NCBI GenBank assembly: GCA_003707115.1 | Contig: PPNB01000002.1 | Location: 434,001 to 498,000, forward strand | Direction: 5' to 3' | Source: Tortispora ganteri | Taxonomy: Eukaryota | Length of the DNA: 64,000 nucleotides | In this document: positions 20,742-30,600 of the stretch, piece after piece | Layout: each line of letters begins with the position of its first letter | Numbering within the stretch: the first letter of the stretch is position 1 | Notes under the pieces: generated by a model | Database searches by the model: none | What the model was told of the DNA's origin: nothing | Seen by the model: only the letters and a program-made list of their open reading frames with translations | Made by a program: the position numbers and the translations under genes

Positions 20742-22811
20742 ATGTCGCTAAACTTGATTGAAAACCCTCGAAAGCTGTGGTCACCTGATCCTAGCAATAA
20801 TGATACGAACACCCACAGGTTGATCAAACTCATTAATGCGAAATGCAATTTGAATTTGAATGGGTTTAAGGAATTAAAGGAATGGTCCGATAACAATATC
20901 GCAAAGTTCTGGGAAATAAATTTTCTATTCTGTGACCTCATTTATGAAGGTCAAGTGCAATCGCCAGTTGTTGACGAATCTGCGAGAATGGACTCTATCC
21001 CAAAATGGTTCCCGGGTGTCAAGATCAACTTTGGTGAGAATGTACTATTTTCTGCAAACCCCGCAGCCAAGCCCGCGGATAAGATTGCTTGCATTGAAGT
21101 TCGTGAAGGCGGAGTAGAAACGTGGCGTGTTACTTATGGTGAACTACGAGAACTTGTTGGCCGTTATGCTAATTGCATGAAAGCGCTAGGTATAAAAAAA
21201 GGAGATCGCGTCGGAGTAATAGCTGCTAACAGCATTAAAACTCTAGCTCTTGTAACTGCAGCTTCTACAATTGGTGCAATTTTTAGCACCGCATCTCCTG
21301 ATACAGGTGCTACTGGTATTCTTGACAGAATGGTGCAGATAGAGCCTACGGCTGTGTTCTTCGATGATGCCGCCATATACAATGGCAAGTTATGGGAACT
21401 AGTCGATAAGATGAAACAAGTAGGAAGTGTTCTTGCTAAGCAATCTAACTTGAAAGCGATGATTTCAATTCCGCGATTTGATGATGCACCGAGGGATATT
21501 TCAAGCATTCCCAAGTGCATTTCTTTAGACGATTTCCTGCTTGGCAGCTTCGACACCAGTTTGGTCTTTGAGAGAGTAGAATTCTCTACCCCGTGTGCTA
21601 TTGTATTTTCCTCTGGAACCAGCGGTGCTCCTAAGTGCATTGTACATTCGCATGGAGGTTTCTTGCTAGTTGGGTTCTCGAGCTATAAACTGGACGCTAA
21701 CTGGGGTTACAGTTCTATCTGTATGCAGTACACTACAACTGGATGGATTATGTACTTGGCTGTTGTGCAATCTGTTATTCAAGGAGCCACGACTGTGATG
21801 TACGATGGATCTCCGTTCCAACGCAGTATACACGTACTGCTTGAGCTTCTAGAGCGATACAAGATAACGTACTTAGGTACCTCACCGCGGTACCTAGGCG
21901 AGCTCATGCAGAATCGCATTCGCCCGCGCGAATACTATGATCTATCAGAATTGAATTGTGTGACGATCACCGGTATGGTCTGTCCTGCTCCTGTTTTTGA
22001 ATGGTTTTTTGACGAAGGGTTCCCACCGAATGTGCGTCTAAATAACATCACCGGCGGTACTGACTTAGCAGCTACAATCGGCAGTTCCAACCCACTATTG
22101 CCTATATACTCTGGAGAAGTTCAAACTTTTACACTTGGGTTTGTAGGAGGTATACGCAAGGGAACATCTGAGACAGAGCCATGCCCCTCTGTGGAATGTG
22201 CTCCTGGTGAGCCTGGCGAGTTGGTAGTAACAAAGGTATTTCCATCTATGCCCTGTATGTTTTGGGGCAAAGACGGCGCCAAGAAATATTATGACTCATA
22301 TTTCAGCAAGTTTGACAACGTTTGGTGTCAGCAGGACCTTGCCGTTGTCCACCCAAAGACTGGTGGGTTCATTATGATAGGACGGTCTGATGGTGTTTTG
22401 AACCCTTCTGGAGTGCGTTTTGGATCTGCTGAGATTTATACAGTAATTGAAAAGATCCCGGATATTTTGGATTCGGTTTGTGTGGGTCAACGTCGCGTAC
22501 AAGATAAAGACGAATCCGTATTTCTATTTGTGAAGATGCGTCCCGGGTACAATTTCACAAAAGACCTTGTTGCGCGTATTCGCTCAGCTATTCGAAATGA
22601 TCTTAGCGTTCGACATGTACCTAAATACATTTTTGAAACACCTGATATCCCTACGACTGTCAACATGAAGAAGGTTGAAGTACCTATCAAGAAGATCCTT
22701 TGCGGAGAGAAAGTCAAACCATCTGGAACGCTCGCCAACCCTGAATCTTTAGAGTTCTACTACCAATTTGTCGATATTGAGAAATTGGTTCAGGACCAGT
22801 CTAAGCTTTAA
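20742..22811 (+). CDS. Acetoacetyl-CoA synthetase (ANL family), PTS1-bearing
   Basis: WFPGVKINFGEN, FSSGTSGAPKCIVH, YTTTGWIMY, GRSDGVLNPSGVRFGSAEIY, KKVEVPIK; ends in SKL. TATATAAA at 20683-20690. Confidence 0.92.
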   Translation: MSLNLIENPRKLWSPDPSNNDTNTHRLIKLINAKCNLNLNGFKELKEWSDNNIAKFWEINFLFCDLIYEGQVQSPVVDESARMDSIPKWFPGVKINFGENVLFSANPAAKPADKIACIEVREGGVETWRVTYGELRELVGRYANCMKALGIKKGDRVGVIAANSIKTLALVTAASTIGAIFSTASPDTGATGILDRMVQIEPTAVFFDDAAIYNGKLWELVDKMKQVGSVLAKQSNLKAMISIPRFDDAPRDISSIPKCISLDDFLLGSFDTSLVFERVEFSTPCAIVFSSGTSGAPKCIVHSHGGFLLVGFSSYKLDANWGYSSICMQYTTTGWIMYLAVVQSVIQGATTVMYDGSPFQRSIHVLLELLERYKITYLGTSPRYLGELMQNRIRPREYYDLSELNCVTITGMVCPAPVFEWFFDEGFPPNVRLNNITGGTDLAATIGSSNPLLPIYSGEVQTFTLGFVGGIRKGTSETEPCPSVECAPGEPGELVVTKVFPSMPCMFWGKDGAKKYYDSYFSKFDNVWCQQDLAVVHPKTGGFIMIGRSDGVLNPSGVRFGSAEIYTVIEKIPDILDSVCVGQRRVQDKDESVFLFVKMRPGYNFTKDLVARIRSAIRNDLSVRHVPKYIFETPDIPTTVNMKKVEVPIKKILCGEKVKPSGTLANPESLEFYYQFVDIEKLVQDQSKL

Positions 22812-22968
22812 GAAAATTATCTACTATTAGCCCATTTTCTTTTTTTTAATCTTTAATTGTAGTAATCATTGATTCGATGTCACTTAACATTGCCCAGTAC
22901 CCTCTCTGTAGCCTGTTAACATTTCCCCCCTCCTCCATAAGCCCTCAATAACGCGACTACGCCCAAAT

Positions 22969-24240
22969 ATGTCTTTGCTGTCGGAGAACCAGACAAAAGA
23001 CCTCAATGCAGCAATTATAAGCTATTTATCTTTATCTGGCAAAGTTGATCCACAGCTCGTAAACAGCCTACAGGATCAGCTGGACTGTTCAGCCATAGAC
23101 GAGTTTTCGGGGATCCTTGAAAGAAAGTGGATCAGCGTCATCCGACTCCAGAAGCGCGTAATGGGTTTAGAAGAGCAAATAAAACAACTAGAAACACAAA
23201 TACAGCTTACAAGTATAAATTCTAAATCAGTCAAAGATGTGTCCGAGTGGCTACCGCGATCTCAACGGTTCAGACTCCAAGGCCATCGCGGTCAAGTCAA
23301 CTCCGTGGCCTTCCATCCGCAAATCTTACAACTTGCCAGTTGTTCTGACGACTGTACAATTAAAATATGGGACTATGAGTCTGGTCTACTAGAACAGACA
23401 CTTCGAGGCCATTCTCGGAGCGTAATCGATATTGCTTATGGTTCTGACCCGATTCTACTCGCCTCTTGCTCCTCCGACCTCACTATACGACTATGGGACG
23501 CAACAACATACAATAATATACGAACTCTCAGGGGACATGAACACACCGTATCCTCAGTCCGGTTTCTCCCCGACAACAAGACACTAGCTTCCGCCTCGCG
23601 TGACACAACTATAAAGCTCTGGGATGTGGTCAGCGGCTACTGTACTAGAACAATACGTTCGCACTCGCAATGGGTTAAATCAATCAGCCCTTCCCCAGAC
23701 GGCTCACTTCTCGCATCAGGCGGACTCGACCATTTAGTCACAATAACAACTTTCTCTGGCGACACTAAAGCCGTACTCAGAGGCCACTCTCATGTCATTG
23801 AAAAGGTGTTGTTCGCTCCAGAATCGTCACACGCTTTCTTGAATAAGATATCCGGTATCGCACATTCAAACGGTTCATCCGGGTCAGATGGATCCGTAAC
23901 AGGCTTTGTTGTATCTGTCTCCCGCGACATGTCTATAAAAGTATGGGATATCCGCGGAAAGCTTGTAGCTACCCTTGTCGGTCATGAAAACTGGGTTAGA
24001 GATCTCGCTTTCCATCCGAGTGGTCGTTACATTCTTTCTGTGGCAGATGACAAGTCTATACGATGCTGGGATCTTGCAGAGAACCCGCCGAAACTTGTCA
24101 GAACAATCACACAGGCCCACGATCACTTTATTTCTAGCATTAAGTGGGCCCCTAATGACTACAGTCAATTGGACAATCCGCGGATACGGTGTGCAATCGC
24201 TACAGGTTCGATAGCTAGTGACGTAAAGGTATGGTCATGA
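22969..24240 (+). CDS. PAC1: LIS1/NudF dynein regulator (LisH, coiled coil, WD40)
   Basis: [29 protein letters not shown], seven WD40 repeats ([17 protein letters not shown]). Confidence 0.93.
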   Translation: MSLLSENQTKDLNAAIISYLSLSGKVDPQLVNSLQDQLDCSAIDEFSGILERKWISVIRLQKRVMGLEEQIKQLETQIQLTSINSKSVKDVSEWLPRSQRFRLQGHRGQVNSVAFHPQILQLASCSDDCTIKIWDYESGLLEQTLRGHSRSVIDIAYGSDPILLASCSSDLTIRLWDATTYNNIRTLRGHEHTVSSVRFLPDNKTLASASRDTTIKLWDVVSGYCTRTIRSHSQWVKSISPSPDGSLLASGGLDHLVTITTFSGDTKAVLRGHSHVIEKVLFAPESSHAFLNKISGIAHSNGSSGSDGSVTGFVVSVSRDMSIKVWDIRGKLVATLVGHENWVRDLAFHPSGRYILSVADDKSIRCWDLAENPPKLVRTITQAHDHFISSIKWAPNDYSQLDNPRIRCAIATGSIASDVKVWS

Positions 24241-24283
24241 GCATAAATTGCATACATTTATCATGCGTCAATAGAGATTATCT

Positions 24284-25447
24284 TTATGCAGGTTTACCCG
24301 ACAATGAGGCCTTTCTGAACACAAGCTTAGCAGCTTTCAGCCTATCTTTGCTGAGTCTGTGTCTCTCTTTCCTATACTGCGGGCTCAGTAGATCTGTTGT
24401 AATTTTAGCAATGTCATTCGAGTCGTTGACTACGGAGTCTGATTCCTTGGCTATGAAAGCAAGCCACGATATAAATATACCATCGAGAACCCGCATTCCT
24501 TGTGTTATCTTGCGGTGCAGTTTTGACGATTTGTGAGTGTATATGTATATGGTGGACTTTTCTATGATAAACTTGGTGGTACTTTTTGGAATAGTACCGA
24601 CAGTGTATATTTGCGTCGGAGTGCGACAAGATTCCCACTTACAAACGACATTACCGTTCTCTTCAGTAACGAGCGCACTGGAATGGTCTGCAGATAAAGT
24701 GATTTTCCAATACTTGTTATGAAGGCCGTCTTCTTCACTCGAAGAAATACTTGATGCGTCGTCGATGCACGACTGGCATTTCTTTGGAGAAGTTTTTTTG
24801 CCAGCGGGAAGGAAAGTAAGCTTAGATGAGAACTCGTCAATTAGTTTGACAGTGGCTATTACTGAAGGTTTCTTGTCTGAGTGATTATCATTGATCTGCG
24901 CAATACAAAGGCCTGGCTTGTTCCTTCCGTAGCCCGCTAGTATCGGGGTAACCACTTTGCCAGCAACTTGTTGGATCTGGAATATTGGTTCGGATTTGCT
25001 CTGTTTTGCCTTCGATGCAGCAGGCGGTATAGCGAATCTCATGATCTCGGACGGTGTTTTCTTACGTAGAAGCCTGTCTATGATTTCTTCATTTTCGATC
25101 TGCATTAAAGATATTTTCGATGACGAGCTGGCGTCTGAAGAGGAAGAGTTCGTGTCGGCATCGGTCAAAGAAGGTGTTTTACACGCCTCGAGCGACGATG
25201 ACGAGTAATCTTTAAGTTGTGCGGTGCTGATCTTGCTTTTGTTAATGATGGTCTTTGATTGCGCGCTCCGCTGTAGGCCTGATGAGTCTTTACTGTGTTG
25301 TGAGGGATTGTGTTGCTTACTAGACCTCTTGCGATAAGCAATGTCCATGTAGAACAAGCCGGCTGCGCACAGCGTTGCGAGCAGAAGAGCGAGCATCACT
25401 GCTATTTCTGAGTAGTGATAATTAACGTCTGAGAATTGAAAACTCAT
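24284..25447 (-). CDS. Hypothetical membrane-anchored protein
   Basis: Long ORF. The likely start is ATG 25447 (alternative 25519). N-terminal TM helix (IAVMLALLLATLCAAGLFY), Ser-rich linker, beta-rich C-terminal domain. Confidence 0.65.
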   Translation of the reverse strand: MSFQFSDVNYHYSEIAVMLALLLATLCAAGLFYMDIAYRKRSSKQHNPSQHSKDSSGLQRSAQSKTIINKSKISTAQLKDYSSSSLEACKTPSLTDADTNSSSSDASSSSKISLMQIENEEIIDRLLRKKTPSEIMRFAIPPAASKAKQSKSEPIFQIQQVAGKVVTPILAGYGRNKPGLCIAQINDNHSDKKPSVIATVKLIDEFSSKLTFLPAGKKTSPKKCQSCIDDASSISSSEEDGLHNKYWKITLSADHSSALVTEENGNVVCKWESCRTPTQIYTVGTIPKSTTKFIIEKSTIYIYTHKSSKLHRKITQGMRVLDGIFISWLAFIAKESDSVVNDSNDIAKITTDLLSPQYRKERHRLSKDRLKAAKLVFRKASLSGKPA

Positions 25448-26002
25448 TTTTGGATATATATATAGTTCCTTTTGGGGTGACAGATGAGTTATATACCGAA
25501 AGCAGGTTCGTAGTAACATTTAGGGAAACAATGAAAACAGGGTGCGAGCAGATAAACGGCTTCTGGAATGGTGATACAGAATAGCAGGGCGTAGAACACT
25601 GGATTGCCGTCAGCGAGTATCAAATGAAGTTTTTAGAAAGATTTCTTTAGATAAGTAACCGTTCGAGATTGGGCAACTGCAGTAGAAGAGGTGTGCGTGC
25701 GGACTATACTATAATTGGCTTTTGAGAGCGAAATGAGCAAAATAAGGTCTTGTGGATGCGTTGATAAGAAAAAGGATGACGAAATGTTGTTCGTGAGTAG
25801 AGTAGAATATATAATCTGTGTGGGTTTGCGCTCAGACGTTTGCTTGCCTTTTACAATCGTCTTTGGAATCTTCTTTGGAAGTGTTTGGCGGGCGGTGGTC
25901 GTGCGCAAACTTAGAGACTCTAAATACTCTTTGATAGTTGTCAAACGTTTCAACTTAACGTACCGACTCTATGTAGCTTTAAATAAAATAGGCTTTAATC
26001 TC

Positions 26003-26230
26003 AGTCACACTTTTCGAGCTAAGTCGGAACCGCGGTGGGATGATGACGTGTGCAGTCAAAGTAGACAAGTAATTATCACACAAGTTTCGAGTTCGCACGG
26101 AAGCGAGGTGGGGATGATGACGTGTGCAGTCTAAAGAGACAAAATAGTGACACGAATTTCAAATTTTCTCGAAATGGAGGTGAAGATAATGACGTATGCA
26201 GTCGAATGAGACAAGATAGTCACACAGATT
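26003..26230. repeat. Degenerate tandem repeat, about 73 bp x3, each unit with an ATGACGT-(G/A)-TGCAGTC core
   Basis: TGACGT at 26044, 26118 and 26190 (periods 74 and 72), with flanking GGTG..GAT, AGACAA and (T/G)CACAC-like blocks. Confidence 0.85.
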
Positions 26231-26513
26231 TAAATATAAGAAAAAGTCGCATTTGGGGAGGCGTATACTTATAATCACGCGGATCGCTGCGAAGTAAGGC
26301 GATCGATGACTAAATTAATTATTTGTTTAAACTTTTCATCTGCGGATCTTTATGCGGTTTAATGCCCGACACCAGACGCCGCGGATTAGAATCGGGAAAT
26401 CAGAATCCGAAAAGTTTAATTCTATTAGATAGGAGATGTTTATGCTGAGCGCTGTGAGAGAGATCTGAACGACGTTTCATTGACGTGTAGATGGCATTAA
26501 CATGTAAACGGCG

Positions 26514-26615
26514 TTTATCTAGATTCATTGTGTATAAATCGTTCATCTAGATTCATTGTATAAAGTGCTTATCTAGATTCATTGCATATATAGCATTTAT
26601 CTAGATTCAGTGTGT
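26514..26615. repeat. Tandem repeat, about 27 bp x4, with palindromic ATCTAGAT core (ATCTAGATTCA)
   Basis: ATCTAGATTCA at 26517, 26545, 26571 and 26599. Confidence 0.9.
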
Positions 26616-26840
26616 AGTAATGTAATAATAACAATGTAACATGTATCTAATGATAGTACTGTATCTAACCAAGAAAGAAAAGTAGCGGGTATTGTACAGT
26701 GTATATTTTATAACAGTTGATAATTGTAAATATCTTGATTAAAATTTATTGTTTTGTTCTGCTCTTTCGTGAGGTGGCAAACAGAGATCAAATTTGACGA
26801 TGTTGTATATGAAATAGCTATAAAGTGTCCCAATTTCCTC

Positions 26841-27516
26841 ATGAACAATAGTCTTGAACTCTTACCCTCTTCTATGAACCCGAAATTAGTTGTATTTGAT
26901 CTCGATTATACACTATGGCGTAAGTTAAATTTTTAATCTAAAATATTTGATATTAACAACAAAGCTGTAAGTATAGATATTTTTGTTTATAATGGAACGT
27001 GATCTAACAAACAGTTATGGTGTGACACTCATATTGACCCACCAATCAAAGGAATCAACAATGGCAGCGCCGTACAAGGCAGGCATGGCGTGATTGCTAA
27101 ATTCTACCCTGAAGTACCAGAGGTTCTGAAATCGCTGAAAGCTAGTGGTATAAAAATTGTAGCTGCATCACGCACACATACTCCAGAAACTGCCCGCCAG
27201 ATGCTACGCGAGCTTCGCGTAGACGGCCAGCGCGCTCTCGATTATTTCGATGCACTCGAGTTCGGCACTGGTAAGTATCTCGTTTTTTGCACTGTTCATT
27301 TGCTCGAACTAACAACAGGCAGGCTCGAAAATATCACACTTTGAACGAATTAAAAAGAAATTCGATGTCGATTACTCACAAATGATCTTCTACGACGACG
27401 AGGAACGCAACAGGGACGTCCAGAGACAATTAGGTGTGCTCTTCGTTTATGTGCGTAACGGAGTAGACAAAATGCTAATCGCTGATTCATTTGAGAAATG
27501 GCGAACTAAGCAATAA
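26841..27516 (+). CDS. MDP1: Magnesium-dependent phosphatase 1 (HAD class IIIC), four exons: 26841-26919, 26965-26966, 27015-27270, 27323-27516
   Basis: The spliced protein has [36 protein letters not shown] and MIFYDDEERN, the MDP-1 motifs. All three introns are GTAAGT...(C/T)TAAC...AG. Confidence 0.88.
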
Positions 27517-27694
27517 ACAACATTCAAAACATCCCTTCTAGCGGCTTACGGTGCCTTTTCAATCTGGCCCTGGCCGTTGGCCTTCCTGGTCAGCCCCTTA
27601 CCCACCTTCCCCCGCTTACTAACCAACAGTCCCAAAAACGCTTCCTTTCTCGCTTCATGCGCATCGCTGGATCCTCTAAACCGCTACATTAAAT

Positions 27695-30600
27695 ATGAAC
27701 GGATCACAGTCGAGCAACCCGATTAGAACGTACCCATATACTCAGGTCCTCCCCTACATTATAGAGCCCGAACCAACATCAGCCGCCCTCCTGGACACAA
27801 TTATTGATGGCCTCTATGTAGCGCTCAAAGCTGGCGATTATGATGGCGACCCAGCGCTCTTCTGGCTTAAAGAACTTAACACCTGGCTCACTTTGAAGTA
27901 CGACCTACCTATACAGAAACGAGCTGACCTTCTGCGTGTCCTCTATGACGTAATTCAGGTCCATGGTCTCGCCACCACTGTATCAGACCGCTACTGTTCC
28001 TTATTCAACACCCTCTTTCACCACCGCGATCTCCTAGAAAACACAGACCTCGTTCTGGACCATACTCATCTGCTCAAGGAATACATAAACCATGCGTTCC
28101 CTTCACTACATGCGTACATACCGCCATACGAAAGAGATTTGCCCTCCATCACCCGTGTCGTTATGAACGCTCGCCATTTCTTTCCCGATCGATCTAGACA
28201 GGACATCCTTGAAGCAGTAACTACGCGGTTCTCTACTAACAAGCAGGTCACTGCAACTGCTTCTGTTGGTATCCTTGTTACTTTTTTCCCCACGCGTCCT
28301 TCATCATCATTCCCTCCTGAAACGTTCCTCCCCACTTTCTTTCATATCTGGACATTGTGTGCCAGATCGTACCAAAGCGATTTCCTCTTTCTCGACTTCA
28401 TGTCCCGCCTCGCCCAGGAATGTCTTACTGAACAGTCAGTACCTATGAGTCACTCTGGAATATTCACCCAGCACCAGTCTGCTTTTATAGTCTCCGCATG
28501 CTTACGTGTCCTAGAGATTCCCGTAGGTTCCTCGCGATCCCCATATGCCAACACCGGCCTGCCCGTGATCCTCAAAGATAACAAAAAGAACAAAACTATA
28601 CGTGCAGTTTCCAGATGGTTTATTTATAGCATCGTTCCTGCTGCTGATTCTACCTCTTCGACTGTCCTCGACGCGCTCGAAGATTTCCTGGGCGCTTTCA
28701 AGGCTTTTTTCCATCCTTCAAACGCAGGAAGTTGGAACAGAGCAATAGGTATACTTCTCTGCTCTCTAGTCCAATTCTTTGTATCTCGCTGGAACCGTGA
28801 AAATTCAGGTGATCTCAATGTCCCTGAAAGCCGCAGAATTTCACTACACATGAAGGAAAGATTCGTTGATATCCTCAGTATACCCATTTTTTTCGCAATA
28901 TACTCCAAGAATTCCACTACCACTAACCTAGCTCAAGGTGCTCTGCGAGGTATAATATATTTATCCCCAGCGAAAGTGTTGACACAAGTGCTGCAACAGG
29001 CGTACCCTGCTCTTCAAGGCCAACTCGAAACACATAGAACTAATACTGCAATCAGGGCATTATCAATTGCAGCTAGAACATTCTCTCGAACTCCTACACT
29101 AAGAAACCATATAACCACGATACTATCACTCATACTTCCCGGTATAGATGCCAATGATCTCACCAAATCTACGCAATCCCTGCAGCTGTTTGAGCATTTC
29201 GCGAACAATGTGCCGTTTATAAATGTCTCAGGAGAACATACCGACGCCTCGCTTGCAATGAACTGGATCTCTCAGGAAGTCATGGAACTAACTGAGTTCG
29301 ATTTCTCAACTTCCAACGGAGAAGTCAAACCTGAGCTGACCGCTGAAGAAAACTCTATGGTTCTCGAATCATCCACCGCTGCATTCGATGAGATAGTTAC
29401 GTCTTTGCTGGATAGAATGTTTGTGCTACTTGAAAATATGCCTGACACGCGTCTGACATCCAGTTCTGCCTCTCCTGAACATAAATTTATTCAGACTATT
29501 CCCACTGCCTTTATGGCAATATTCTCAGCGCTCTCGCCTGAAATGTACGAGACAGTCTTGAACAAGCTATTCCACTTTGTTTCAGATCATGCCATATACG
29601 AAGCTAGTACTCCTATGGCATACCTTTGCACTGCAATTGCGCGGATTATGCCTCAAAAAGCGCTTGATCTATTTGTTCCTGCACTTATTATTAATATTAA
29701 GGCCGAAATACAAATGTCTGCCGGAACCTCTAGATCAAACGAAATTATGCCTTCAGACAGAGTACTAGCGTGGAACCTTTTTATTTTGAAGACTGTTATC
29801 ATAGATTCTGGCACAGCCTTAACTCATTTATGCGAGGACCTATTTGACGTAATGCGCGTTGTTCGGAGAAACTGCAAAGGGTATATTGCGAAGCTGAACC
29901 AGGAGATGCTGCATAATGTGCTATACGCACTCTCTGCGACTTATGTCATTCATCCTTCTGTCGGAAGAGTCGTTGACTTCTCCATTGACGCATGGGGACG
30001 AAAGGTTGACCCACAGAACCTGAAGGTCAACTGGTACACGCCGACTCCAGAAGCAATCGCTTTAGCTACTGCTTTATTTAAGGAGCACGTCGATTGGTCC
30101 CAAAAAGATCTCGAAGAAAGTATGAATGAGGAAAGCGCGAATTCAAAAGACGCAATTGACAAAATGGCTATAACGCTCGGATATCTGCTGCGGGCATATT
30201 CTGGAACTGCACAGATCCAAGATGCTGAAGGGTTCATGCATTGCGACACAGATTCAAACTCTTACGACTCGGATCAGAATATTCTGGACGGCAGCTACAA
30301 AAGCTTTCTACCCGCGCCTCCTAGTGAATTTCGTATGTCTACTCGCAGCGGTTACTACTTCGACTCGCACCCAGAAGACAAAGCGCGACATGTAATCCAA
30401 CAAACGAGAACTACTGTTGGTCGCTTGTTACATTCGCTATGCGAGTTTTGTAAACAACATGAGATCGAAGATATCAGCATTATGAAAGCGTTGATCTCTG
30501 CTATCGAAGTGTACCTCACAGATGCAAGAATCGATAGGAGCTCAAAAACGCTAGAAATGGTCGGAAACAGTTACTCCTCCCGCGTCAAACCATACCAGAT

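Noticed and set aside
25846..25856. GCCTTTTAC, the U5 snRNA loop-1 sequence
   Set aside because: The flanks do not form the U5 stem in the right register and no Sm site follows.
25633..26134. Opposing ORFs of 106 and 139 aa
   Set aside because: Non-ATG starts, no motifs, and one runs through the non-triplet repeat array.
26514..26615. CRISPR-like look of the palindromic repeats with variable spacers
   Set aside because: Eukaryotic context; the 11-bp repeats and about 16-bp mutually related spacers are too short; no cas genes.
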